Assembly: GCA_963729075.1 (NCBI GenBank)
Contig: CAVSMU010000007.1
Coordinates: 219,543-283,542, forward strand
Source of the DNA: an uncultured Solirubrobacterales bacterium
Lineage (GTDB): Bacteria; Actinomycetota; Thermoleophilia; Solirubrobacterales; 70-9
Reading direction: 5' to 3'
Length of the DNA: 64,000 nucleotides
In this document: piece by piece, positions 55,533 through 64,000 of the stretch
Numbering within the stretch: position 1 is the first letter of the stretch
Layout of the letters: each line of letters begins with the position of its first letter
The notes under the pieces: generated by a model
Database searches by the model: none
What the model was told of the DNA's origin: nothing
The model's input: only the letters and a program-made list of their open reading frames with translations
Program-made: the position numbers and the translations under genes

Positions 55533-58523
55533 ATGAAGCTCGATACGGAGTTCATCAAGCTGCCGCTCACCTTCGACGTCGAGCGCATGCGCGCCGAGGT
55601 CGAGGCCATACCGGAGTCGGACTGGCGCCCGCATCCGCAGGGCCATCCGGGCAACTCCGCCCTGCCGCTGATCGCGCTCAACGGCGATCCGATGGACGAC
55701 GGTGTCGCGGGGACGATGCTGCCGACGCCGCATCTGGAGAAGTGCGAGTACCTGCGCCAGGTGCTGGCGAGCTTCGAGACCGTCTTCGGGCGCTCGAGGT
55801 TGATGCGCCTCGAGGGCAAGTCGGAGGCCACGCTCCACGTCGACACCAACTACTACTGGGCCGACCGGGTCCGCATCCACGTCCCGATCTTGACCAGCCC
55901 CGTGATCGAGTTCACCTGCAACGAGCGCTCGGTCCACATGCCCGCCGGCGAGGCCTGGATCTTCGACGCCTGGCGGCTCCACAACGTGCTCAACCCGACG
56001 GGCGACCAGCGCATCCACCTGGTCGCCGACACGGTCGGCTCAGCGACGTTCTGGGACCTGGTGGCCCGGGGCGAGCGGCCGTTCGGCGACAACGGGGACG
56101 AGCCCGCGCCGGCCCGCCACGTCCCCCATGAGCCGGGCCGCGACGCCCGGCTGGCCACGGAGCGTGCGAACTATCCGCTCGTGATGAGCCCCTGGGAGCA
56201 GGGGCTGCTCGCGGACTCCATCATCGAGGAGCTGGCCGCGGATCCCGAGCCCGGCGACGCGAGCGCCTTCGGCGCGGCGATCGATGCCCTGCGCCGCGAC
56301 TGGCGCGTCGTCTGGGCCCTGCACGGACAGTCGCGCGAGGGGTGGGACACCTACGGTGAGTTGCTGAAGCGCGCGGAGACGGCGATCGCGCCGCTCGAGG
56401 GCCGGCTGAAGCTCACGAATAGCACCGACGCGGTCGAGATCGCGCGTCAAATGCTGATCCGCCCGGCGCTCAACCCGCAGCTCGTCGACGGGGCGAACGA
56501 GTCGGCGCCACGCCCGCCCGCAGCCGCGGCCGGGCAGGCCGCCCGCGTCGGCGTCGAGCGCGGTGTCTCGCGCTCCGTGACCCAGCATCGCTTCGACCGC
56601 CCGATCTTCATCGTCGCGCCACCGCGCTCCGGGACCAGCCTCCTGTTCGAGGCCGTGGCGCGCTCGCCGAGTCTGTGGACCGTCGGCGGCGAGAGCCATC
56701 GGGTGATCGAGTCGCTGCCGGGGCTCAACCCGGCGAACCGCGGCTGGGACAGCAACAGGCTCACGCCCACCGACGCTATACCGGGGTTGGCCGAACGCCT
56801 GCGGGCGGCCTTTCTGTCGCAGCTTCGCGACCGCGACGGAAACCCGCCGCCGGACGGGGCGACCGGGCTTCGGATGCTCGAGAAGACCCCAAAGAACTCG
56901 ATCCGGGTGTCGTTCCTGCAGGCGGTGTTCCCGCGAGCGCTGTTCGTCTACCTCTACCGCGACCCCCGCCAGGGGCTGAGCAGCATGATCGAGGCATGGG
57001 AGTCGGGGCGGTTCGTCACGTATCCCGACCTGCCCGACTGGCCAGGCCCGCCCTGGTCGTTGGTTCTGACCCCGGAGTGGCGCAAGCTGGCCGGTCGGCC
57101 GCTGCCGGAGATCGTCGTCGACCAGTGGGCGAAGGCGACGTCCACCCTGCTCGCCGACCTCGACCGGCTGCCGCCTGGCCGGGTGATCGGGCTCGAGTAC
57201 GACGCGCTGGTCGCGGACCCCGACGCGCAGATCGAGCGCCTGTGCGAGTTCGCCGGGATCGAGTGGGACACCCGGCTCGAGACACCGTTGCCGACCGCGC
57301 GGCACACGGTGACCCCGCCTGAGCCGGAGAAGTGGAGGCGGCACGAGGATTTGCTGGAGCCGTTGCTACCGGCACTCGCCGAGCTCACCGAGCGGGCCCG
57401 CAGCCGCGTCGCCGACCCGCCCGCCGTACCCGCTCCGCCCCCGGAGCCGCAAGCGGCCGCGGCGGCGCGGTTTCGCAGCGTCAATACCGGCAGCGTGCCG
57501 CAGATCCTTGGACAGCTCGAGAGCTCGCTTCTCGTGAGCACCTATCAGACCGGGAAGCTGATCTGCGCCCGCCGCGCCGGGGAGGGGCTCAACACCCACT
57601 TTCGCAACCTCGAGACCCCGATGGGCATCGCGCGCGATGGCGGCCTGCTGGCGGTGGGCACCCAGTCGCAGGTGGTCGAGTACCGCAACCTGCCGCAAGT
57701 GATCGACAAGCTCGAGCGGGGGCCCGAGCCGTACGACGCCTGCTTCGTCCCTCGCCGCACCCACTACACCGGCGACGTTCGCATCCACGACATCGCCTAC
57801 GCGGGCGGGGAGCTGTGGATCGTCGCGACCCGGTTCTCGTGCCTCGCGACCCTTGACAACGAGCACAGCTTCGTCCCTCGCTGGCGGCCGCCGTTCATCA
57901 CCGCGCTGGCCGCCGACGACCGCTGCCACCTCAATGGCCTCTGCGTGATCGACGAGCGCCCCCGCTACGTGACCGCGCTCGGCGCCAGCGACGAGGCAGG
58001 TGGCTGGCGCGAGCACAAGGCGACCGGCGGGGTCCTGATCGACGTCGACAGCTCGGAGACGGTCGTCTCAGGCCTCTCGATGCCGCACTCGCCGCGCTGG
58101 TATCGCGACCGGCTCTGGATCCTCGAGTCCGGCGAGGGCACGCTCGCGACAGTGGATCTCGCCGATGGCAGCGTCGAGACGGTCGCCGAGCTGCCCGGGT
58201 TCACCCGCGGGCTCGCCTTCGCCGGGCCGCTCGCCTTCGTCGGCCTGTCGCAGGTGCGCGAGGCGACCACCTTCGGCGGCCTCCCGTTGACCGGACGCCT
58301 CGAGGAGCGTCAGTGCGGCGTCTGGATCGTCAACGTCGAGACCGGCGACGTAGTCGGCTTCCTGCGCTTCGAGGACCTCGTCCAGGAGATCTTCGACGTC
58401 CAGGTCTTGCCGGGCCTCCGCTTCCCCGAGTTCGCCGAGCACGGCAGCGACGCCGTGAACCTCTCCTACGTCGTTCCGGACGACGCCCTGGCCGTGACCG
58501 CAGCGACCAGCTCGACCGCCTGA
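55533..58523 (+). CDS. three-domain fusion: aspartyl/asparaginyl beta-hydroxylase-like 2OG-oxygenase, sulfotransferase and TIGR03032 (DUF4915)
   Basis: N-terminal cupin: LHVDTNYYWADRVRIHVPI...AGEAWIFDAWRLHNVLNPTGDQRIHLVADT. Middle: IFIVAPPRSGTSLL and YLYRDPRQGLSSM. C-terminal: ATRFSCLATLDNEHSFVPRWRPPF, DDRCHLNGL, MPHSPRW, CGVWIVNVETGDVVGFLRFE. The last two domains are colinear with the 51396 gene. Confidence 0.85.
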   Translation: MKLDTEFIKLPLTFDVERMRAEVEAIPESDWRPHPQGHPGNSALPLIALNGDPMDDGVAGTMLPTPHLEKCEYLRQVLASFETVFGRSRLMRLEGKSEATLHVDTNYYWADRVRIHVPILTSPVIEFTCNERSVHMPAGEAWIFDAWRLHNVLNPTGDQRIHLVADTVGSATFWDLVARGERPFGDNGDEPAPARHVPHEPGRDARLATERANYPLVMSPWEQGLLADSIIEELAADPEPGDASAFGAAIDALRRDWRVVWALHGQSREGWDTYGELLKRAETAIAPLEGRLKLTNSTDAVEIARQMLIRPALNPQLVDGANESAPRPPAAAAGQAARVGVERGVSRSVTQHRFDRPIFIVAPPRSGTSLLFEAVARSPSLWTVGGESHRVIESLPGLNPANRGWDSNRLTPTDAIPGLAERLRAAFLSQLRDRDGNPPPDGATGLRMLEKTPKNSIRVSFLQAVFPRALFVYLYRDPRQGLSSMIEAWESGRFVTYPDLPDWPGPPWSLVLTPEWRKLAGRPLPEIVVDQWAKATSTLLADLDRLPPGRVIGLEYDALVADPDAQIERLCEFAGIEWDTRLETPLPTARHTVTPPEPEKWRRHEDLLEPLLPALAELTERARSRVADPPAVPAPPPEPQAAAAARFRSVNTGSVPQILGQLESSLLVSTYQTGKLICARRAGEGLNTHFRNLETPMGIARDGGLLAVGTQSQVVEYRNLPQVIDKLERGPEPYDACFVPRRTHYTGDVRIHDIAYAGGELWIVATRFSCLATLDNEHSFVPRWRPPFITALAADDRCHLNGLCVIDERPRYVTALGASDEAGGWREHKATGGVLIDVDSSETVVSGLSMPHSPRWYRDRLWILESGEGTLATVDLADGSVETVAELPGFTRGLAFAGPLAFVGLSQVREATTFGGLPLTGRLEERQCGVWIVNVETGDVVGFLRFEDLVQEIFDVQVLPGLRFPEFAEHGSDAVNLSYVVPDDALAVTAATSSTA

Positions 58524-59128
58524 GGGAGGATCTCCGGCGGCAGCCAGTGGCCGGCGTCCGACTCCAGGTAGCGGACGTCGAGGCCGGCGCCGGCCAGCAG
58601 CTCCGCGGCTCGCCGGCCGAACTCGACCGGGATCACGGGGTCGTTGCGGCCGTGGTGGATGAGGACCGGCAGCCCGGCGCGGTCATCGAGCGCCGGCGCC
58701 CAGTCCTCGACGGTGGGCACGAAGCCGCTGAAGGCGAGGATCGCGGCGGGCGAGGGTCGCTCCGGCCCGAGGCCTACCGCGTAGGACATCACCGCGCCCA
58801 TCGAGAACCCGCCGATGACGGTCCGGTCCCAGTCGATCCCGCGCTCGTCGAGCAGCCGGTCGAGGAAGCCGGTCAGCAGCTCGTAGCTGTGCGCGAAGGT
58901 GGCCGGGTCCGGATAGCCGACCCGCGGCACCAGGTACCAGTGCCTACCCCCGGGCGGCACGTCCGTGAGCGGCGCGCCGGTGCTCACGCCGAGGAGCCTG
59001 CGCTCGGGGTCGAGCACGTCGAGGAGGTCGTAGAGGTCGCGCTCGTCGGCGCCCCGCCCGTGGTTGAGGATCAGCGCGCCGGCGGGTTCACCGGCCGGCT
59101 CGCGCAGCAGGTGGACGAGCTCGCTCAT
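58466..59128 (-). CDS. alpha/beta hydrolase (phospholipase/carboxylesterase family)
   Basis: Nucleophile elbow GFSMG, later D and H (DAGHW), about 220 aa. Its 3' end overlaps the convergent gene by 58 nt. Confidence 0.82.
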   Translation of the reverse strand: MSELVHLLREPAGEPAGALILNHGRGADERDLYDLLDVLDPERRLLGVSTGAPLTDVPPGGRHWYLVPRVGYPDPATFAHSYELLTGFLDRLLDERGIDWDRTVIGGFSMGAVMSYAVGLGPERPSPAAILAFSGFVPTVEDWAPALDDRAGLPVLIHHGRNDPVIPVEFGRRAAELLAGAGLDVRYLESDAGHWLPPEILPQAVELVAAVTARASSGTT

Positions 59129-59183
59129 CGCACCTGGATCGCGCTTCGCCGAACAGCACCGCTCTCTTGTGCTGGCTCCGCGC

Positions 59184-60101
59184 TCATCGCCGCATGATGG
59201 CGCGGGGGTTCTGGACCGGGACCAGCGCGGCCTCGATCTCCTCGCGGCGATCCTCGAGGAACGGCGGCAGGATGAGCTTCTCGCCCAGGTGCTCGACGTC
59301 TTCGTCGACGTCGAACCCGGGGCCCAGCGTCGCGATCTCGAACAGCACTCCGCTCGGCTCGCGGAAGTAGATCGAGCGGAACCAGAAGCGGTCGATCACG
59401 GGGGTTGGATGCGCGCCACCGGCGATCGCCCGCTCGCGCCAGTCGAGGTGCTCGTCCATGCTGGAGGCCCACGCGATGTGGTGGACCGTGCCCGCACCCT
59501 CGATCCCGGGCTCCGCGGGCGGCTCGTCGTAGTGCCAGGTGCCGCCGCGCTGGGCGCCCCGCACCTCGTAGCCGTCGCCGGTGGGGTCGAAGGCGAGGGC
59601 GTCCAGCAAAGGGGCGCTGCGCTCGGGGTCGGCGCTGTAGGCGCGCGCGAAATCGAACCCTTGGAGCGCGAACTCCGCCGGCACCTCCGGGTGGTCGGCG
59701 ATCAGTGGCTGGTCGTCGACGGTCGCGACGATGAGCTCGTGCTCGAGCCCCTCCGGGTCGGCAAAGCGCAGGCGATCGCCGTCGCGCTCGGACTCGTGAC
59801 CGGCCGCGCGAAGCCGCTCCTCCCAGAAGTCGAGCGCCTCGACCGATCCGACCCGCCAGCCGATCCTGTGGACCATGCCCGCGCCCGCGCGTCCGCGGGG
59901 GGCGCCGCGAAACTCGAAGAACGTGAGGTCCGCCCCCGGGTTGCCCTTCTCGTCCGCGTAGAAGAGGTGGTAGACCGTGGGCGCGTCCTGGTTGACCGTC
60001 TTCTTCACCATCCGCAGTCCCAGCGTCCCGGCGTAGAAGTCGATGTTGCGCTGCGCGTCGCCGGTGATCGCGGTGATGTGGTGGATGCCCTCGAGCTTCA
60101 T
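59184..60101 (-). CDS. VOC-family ring-cleaving dioxygenase (two glyoxalase-like domains)
   Basis: GIHHITAITGDAQRNIDFYAGTLGLRMVKKTVNQD...YHLFY and a second HHIAW...SIYFREPSGVLFEIAT module. AGGAG upstream. Confidence 0.85.
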   Translation of the reverse strand: MKLEGIHHITAITGDAQRNIDFYAGTLGLRMVKKTVNQDAPTVYHLFYADEKGNPGADLTFFEFRGAPRGRAGAGMVHRIGWRVGSVEALDFWEERLRAAGHESERDGDRLRFADPEGLEHELIVATVDDQPLIADHPEVPAEFALQGFDFARAYSADPERSAPLLDALAFDPTGDGYEVRGAQRGGTWHYDEPPAEPGIEGAGTVHHIAWASSMDEHLDWRERAIAGGAHPTPVIDRFWFRSIYFREPSGVLFEIATLGPGFDVDEDVEHLGEKLILPPFLEDRREEIEAALVPVQNPRAIMRR

Positions 60102-60137
60102 CGCTGCCTCTTCTCCTAGTGGAAACTGATTGCATGC

Positions 60138-60158
60138 GCAACTATATCAGATAGTTGC
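60138..60158. promoter_or_regulatory. palindrome GCAACTAT-ATCAG-ATAGTTGC (MarR operator candidate) in the divergent region
   Basis: Perfect 8-bp arms in an AT-rich stretch between the dioxygenase start (60101) and the MarR gene. Confidence 0.55.
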
Positions 60159-60186
60159 TTCATCAAGCATTGCTACCCTGAGCCGG

Positions 60187-60648
60187 GTGACGGGAACCTC
60201 CTCCTCCGCCCAGCTCTCCGCTCGCGAGCTCGCCGCCTGGCGCGGGATGCTCGCCACTCACGCGAACCTGATCGCTCGTCTCGACGCCGAGCTGGAGCGC
60301 GACCACGGCCTGCCGCTCACCTCCTACGAGGTGCTCATGTACCTCGCGGACGCCGAGGGCCAGCGCCTGCGCATGGGCGAGCTCGCCGACCGGCTCCTGC
60401 TCAGCCGCAGCGGGATCACCCGGCTCGTCGACCGCCTGGAGGGCCAGGGGATGATCGTGCGCGAGCGCTGCAAGAGCGACGGGCGCGGCTTCAACGCCGT
60501 CCTCACCCCCGCCGGCCGTGCCAAGCTCGACGCGGCGCGCCCGGCGCACCTGAGCGGCGTGCGCAGGCACTTCCTCACCCAGCTCGAGCCCGGCGAGCTC
60601 GACTCGCTCGCGGCGCTCTGGACTCGCCTGCTCGGCCAACCCCACTAG
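60187..60648 (+). CDS. MarR-family transcriptional regulator
   Basis: GTG at 60187, downstream of the palindrome (the track start TTG 60130 would place the operator inside the gene). wHTH LRMGELADRLLLSRSGITRLVDRLEGQGMIVRERCKSDGRG. Confidence 0.82.
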   Translation: MTGTSSSAQLSARELAAWRGMLATHANLIARLDAELERDHGLPLTSYEVLMYLADAEGQRLRMGELADRLLLSRSGITRLVDRLEGQGMIVRERCKSDGRGFNAVLTPAGRAKLDAARPAHLSGVRRHFLTQLEPGELDSLAALWTRLLGQPH

Positions 60649-60694
60649 CGAGGCTTGGACGAAGCGGCCGTTCGCCGCCCGCTACGCTCCCGCA

Positions 60695-62089
60695 ATGACT
60701 GTCTTCGAAGCGACCACTCAGGGTACGTCCAGCATCGATCGCGAGAAGCTCGCCGCGCTCACCGAGCGCGAGCTGAAGAAGCTCGCCGATCGAACACCTC
60801 AGTCGAAGGAGCGCTATGAGCGGGGGGTCAAGGTGATGCCCGGCGGCGTGCCCTCGTCGTTCCAGGAGAACGATCCGTGGCCGGTCTATCTCGAGCGGGG
60901 CGAGGGCGCCCGCGTCTGGGACGTCGACGGCCAGGAGTACGTCGACTTCCACAACGGCTTCGGCGTGATGTGCGTCGGCCACGCGAACCCGCGGGTGGGC
61001 GCCGCCGTCAAGGCGCGCCACGATCAGGGAACCCACTTCGCGGCGCCGACCGACGGCTCGATCGTCGTCGCCGAGGAGCTCGCCGACCGCTTCGGCCTCC
61101 CCCAGTGGCGCTTCACGAACTCCGGCACCGAGTCGACCATGGACGCCGTCCACCTCGCCCGTGGCGCCACCGGTCGCGACGTGATCCTCAAGATCGAGGG
61201 CTCCTACCACGGTCACCACGACGCGGTGATGGTCTCGGTCTATCCGGCGCTCGAGGCGCTCGGCGATCGCGACGACCCGCGCTCCGTCGTCTACGGCGAG
61301 GGCTATCCGAAGGCGCTCACCGAGCTCACGCGCGCAGTCCCGTTCAACGACGCCGACGCGCTCGAGAGCGTGCTCTCCAAGCTCGACGGCCAAGTCGCCG
61401 GGATGATCATGGAGCCGGCGATGATGAACATCAACATCATCCCGCCGGTTGAGGGCTACCTCGAGCGCGTGCGCGAGCTCTGCACCGCCCACGGCGTGAA
61501 GCTGATCTTCGACGAGGTCAAGACCGGCGCCACGATCGCGCGCGGCGGCGCCACAAGGCGTTTCGGCGTGCAGCCCGACATGGTGACCCTGGCGAAGGCG
61601 ATCTGCGGCGGGTACCCCGGCGGCGCAATCGGGATGACCGAGGAGATCGCCGCGCTCGTCGCCGACGGTCGCGTGCACCAGTACGGGACCTTCAACGGCA
61701 ACCCGCTGGTGATGGCCGCCGCGCAGGCGGCGCTCACCGAGGTCCTGACCGAGGACGCCTACGCGAAGCTCGAGTCCTCGAACGACTGGCTCCTCGCGCG
61801 CTGCGACGAGATCATCGAGAGCTACGGCCTGCCGTGCTACACGCAGGCCCTCGGCGCCAAGGGCTGCGTGATCTTCGCCCCGGAGCCGCTGCGCGAGTAC
61901 CGCGACTACCTGAGCAAGGTCGACGGCGAGCTGGCGCAGCTGGCCTGGCTCTACCACATGAACAACGGGGTGTTCATGACCCCCGGCGTCGAGGAGGAGT
62001 GGACGCTGTCGATCGCCCACTCCGAGGAGGACCTGCAGCGGTTCGCGGACGCGCTCGAGGCGTTCGCAAAGGACGTCACGGCGTCCTGA
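60695..62089 (+). CDS. class-III (GSA-aminomutase-like) PLP-dependent aminotransferase
   Basis: VDFHNGFGVMCVGHANP, FTNSGTESTMDAVHLAR, IFDEVKTG and TLAKAICGG (PLP lysine). Confidence 0.88.
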   Translation: MTVFEATTQGTSSIDREKLAALTERELKKLADRTPQSKERYERGVKVMPGGVPSSFQENDPWPVYLERGEGARVWDVDGQEYVDFHNGFGVMCVGHANPRVGAAVKARHDQGTHFAAPTDGSIVVAEELADRFGLPQWRFTNSGTESTMDAVHLARGATGRDVILKIEGSYHGHHDAVMVSVYPALEALGDRDDPRSVVYGEGYPKALTELTRAVPFNDADALESVLSKLDGQVAGMIMEPAMMNINIIPPVEGYLERVRELCTAHGVKLIFDEVKTGATIARGGATRRFGVQPDMVTLAKAICGGYPGGAIGMTEEIAALVADGRVHQYGTFNGNPLVMAAAQAALTEVLTEDAYAKLESSNDWLLARCDEIIESYGLPCYTQALGAKGCVIFAPEPLREYRDYLSKVDGELAQLAWLYHMNNGVFMTPGVEEEWTLSIAHSEEDLQRFADALEAFAKDVTAS

Positions 62090-62108
62090 CGGCGAATCGG
62101 GGAGCGTG

Positions 62109-62744
62109 ATGGCCGGGGGGCCGTCGATCCGCCTCTATCGCGCCGAGCTTTCGACCAACTGCGAGCGCGTCGGGCTGGCGCTCGCGCACAAGGGCATCGA
62201 GGCCCAGTCGGTGCTGATCAGCTACGACGATCGCGGGCCGGTCGAGGCGATCAGCGGCCAGGGCCTGGTGCCCGTTATCGAGGACGCGGGTGAGGTCGTC
62301 AACGACTCGGTCGCGATCCTGCGCCACCTCGAACGGCGCTGGCCGGAGCCCGCGCTGTTCCCCGCCGATCCGGCCGCCCGGGCCGAGGTCGACGTGTTCA
62401 TCGACTGGTTCGAGCGCGTCTACAAGGCGGCCCCCAACGAGCTCGAGGACCAGCTCGAGCGCGACGATCCCGATGAGCGCGTCCTCGAGCGCCGCGGCGC
62501 CGAGATGCGCGCGCGGCTCGACGTCTTCGAGCGGCTGCTATCCGGCCGCGAGTACCTGCTCGGGGACACTTTCGGTGCCGCCGACTGCGTCGCCTACCCG
62601 TTCCTGAAGTACGCGGCGCACCGCGACCCCGACGACACCGAGCTCTTCCACGTGATCCTCGCCGACGAGCAGCCGCTCGGCGACGACCACCCGAACCTCG
62701 CCGCCTGGATCGAGCGCGTCGGCGAGCGCCCGCGCGCCTACTGA
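62109..62744 (+). CDS. glutathione S-transferase family protein
   Basis: N-terminal thioredoxin-like fold (LVPVIEDAGEVVNDSVAILRHLE) and a C-terminal helical domain. ATG at 62109 (GTG at 62106 is also possible). Confidence 0.82.
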   Translation: MAGGPSIRLYRAELSTNCERVGLALAHKGIEAQSVLISYDDRGPVEAISGQGLVPVIEDAGEVVNDSVAILRHLERRWPEPALFPADPAARAEVDVFIDWFERVYKAAPNELEDQLERDDPDERVLERRGAEMRARLDVFERLLSGREYLLGDTFGAADCVAYPFLKYAAHRDPDDTELFHVILADEQPLGDDHPNLAAWIERVGERPRAY

Positions 62745-62745
62745 C

Positions 62746-63021
62746 GTGGACGACGAGCTCGCCGAGCTGCGCGCCCGGGTCGCCGAGCTCGAGCGACGGG
62801 TCGCGGTGCTGTTCGAGCAGACCGGCGCGAGCGACTGGGAGGCCGCGGCGGACGCGGCCCCGCCGGTCTCCGACGAGGTGCGGCTGCTGCTCGAGGCGGG
62901 TGAGCAGAAGCGCGCAGCGGAGCTCTACATGCGCGAGACCGGCGCCGGGATCGGCGAGGCCGCCGCGGCGCTGGGCGAGGTGGTCAAGGAGATCCGCGCC
63001 CGGGGGCCCGAGGCTCCCTGA
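62746..63021 (+). CDS. small hypothetical helical protein
   Basis: 91 aa. GTG start 1 nt after the GST stop. Begins with a coiled-coil-like DDELAELRARVAELERRVAVL. Confidence 0.45.
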   Translation: MDDELAELRARVAELERRVAVLFEQTGASDWEAAADAAPPVSDEVRLLLEAGEQKRAAELYMRETGAGIGEAAAALGEVVKEIRARGPEAP

Positions 63022-63027
63022 TCCGGC

Positions 63028-63417
63028 TCAGGCGAGCGCCGCGCGCGCCGAGGCGAGGTCGTCGGTGACGACTACCAGCCTGACCCCGCCGAAGGTCGTG
63101 TAGGCGAGCTCGATGTTGACGCTCGCGTCGGCGAGCGTGCGCGCGACCTCGCCGAGCGTCCCCGGGCGATCGTGGATGTCGATCACCAGCGCCTCGCGCT
63201 CGTCGGCGACCCCCATCCCGGCCTCCTCGAGGGCGCCGCGTACAGCGCTCGCGTCGGCGTCGTCGACGAGGATGTGGATAAACCCCTTGCCCTCGCCGGT
63301 CAACGCGCACATCCCGAGCAGGTTGATACCGGCGTCACCGGTCGTCTCACCGAGCCGGGCGAGCTCGCCGGGGCGGTCCGCGAGGATCACCGTGAGGTCA
63401 GTGGCCACCGCGCCCAC
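63028..63417 (-). CDS. tandem ACT-domain protein
   Basis: Two ACT-like units: [25 protein letters not shown] and [28 protein letters not shown] at 63417 or 63408 is preferred over TTG 63441, which would overlap the next gene's start. Confidence 0.75.
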   Translation of the reverse strand: MGAVATDLTVILADRPGELARLGETTGDAGINLLGMCALTGEGKGFIHILVDDADASAVRGALEEAGMGVADEREALVIDIHDRPGTLGEVARTLADASVNIELAYTTFGGVRLVVVTDDLASARAALA

Positions 63418-63433
63418 TCTAACCTCAACCCGA

Positions 63434-64000
63434 ATGAGCAACCGCCTCGCGGCCGAGACCAGCCCGTACCTGCTCCAGCACGCGGAGAACCCGGTCGACT
63501 GGCATCCGTGGGGCCCGGCGGCGCTGGAGCGGGCGACCGAGCTCGACCGCCCCGTCCTGTTGTCGATCGGTTACTCGTCCTGTCACTGGTGCCACGTGAT
63601 GGAGCACGAGTCGTTCGAGGACCCCGAGACCGCACGCTTCATGAACGAGCACTTCGTCCCGGTCAAGGTCGACCGGGAGGAGCGCCCGGACGTCGACTCG
63701 ATCTACATGGAGGCCGTGCAGGGGATGACCGGACACGGCGGCTGGCCGCTGACCGCGTTCTGCGACCCGGAGGGCGTCCCCTTCTACGGCGGCACCTACT
63801 TCCCGCCCGAGCCCCGCCACGGGATGCCGAGCTTCCGGATGGTGATGGAGGCGGTGGTCGAGTCCTGGGCCGGCCAGCGCGAGAGGATCCGCGAGTCGGC
63901 GGAGCGCATCCGCACCCAACTCGCCGGCGTCGCCCGGATCGAGCCCTCGACCGAGCTGCTCTCCGACGAGATCGTCGGCGCCGCGGTCGAGCAGCTGCGC
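63434..64000 (+). CDS. thioredoxin-domain (DUF255/YyaL-like) protein; 5' part only, the gene runs off the right edge
   Basis: ATG at 63434 gives [67 protein letters not shown]. It is absent from the ORF track because no stop falls within the window. Confidence 0.85.
   Translation, partial: MSNRLAAETSPYLLQHAENPVDWHPWGPAALERATELDRPVLLSIGYSSCHWCHVMEHESFEDPETARFMNEHFVPVKVDREERPDVDSIYMEAVQGMTGHGGWPLTAFCDPEGVPFYGGTYFPPEPRHGMPSFRMVMEAVVESWAGQRERIRESAERIRTQLAGVARIEPSTELLSDEIVGAAVEQLR

Overview
Very GC-rich, densely coding window with about 65 protein genes on both strands and frequent GTG/TTG starts and stop/start overlaps. I found no rRNA, tRNA, CRISPR array or intact IS element. The gene content looks Actinomycetota-like (FbiC/F420, a DtxR-type regulator, a DUF559 protein, SLAC/NirK-like copper oxidase), but I cannot assign a taxon from sequence alone. 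Main themes: (1) C2/acetate assimilation. This includes acs-actP-DUF485 and all five ethylmalonyl-CoA pathway signature genes (ccr, ecm, MaoC-type hydratase, acyl-CoA dehydrogenase, malyl-CoA lyase), which are scattered across 20 kb rather than in one operon. It also includes GTP-PEP carboxykinase, a divergent SucCD-like CoA ligase pair with a small ferredoxin-like gene, and another acyl-CoA synthetase. (2) A metal operon: multicopper oxidase, ZIP transporter, DtxR-family regulator. (3) F420 biosynthesis and use: fbiC and an LLM oxidoreductase. (4) An accessory-looking right-hand region (47-58.5 kb) that holds the most unusual content. Two paralogous sulfotransferase-TIGR03032/DUF4915 fusion proteins, one carrying an extra N-terminal aspartyl/asparaginyl beta-hydroxylase-like domain, flank a secreted beta-helix protein with a calcium-binding nonapeptide-repeat C-terminus. 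The same region carries four discrete gene lesions: a 9-nt in-frame insertion bringing a TAG into a radical-SAM cluster motif, and three apparent +1 C/G indels. Other observations: a 73-nt heptamer-built hairpin inside the fbiC interdomain linker, three genes whose homology runs upstream of any canonical start codon, several AT-rich palindromic operator candidates, and a locally lower-GC island at about 18.9-19.6 kb. All calls come from reading the translations and DNA by eye. No database search was run.
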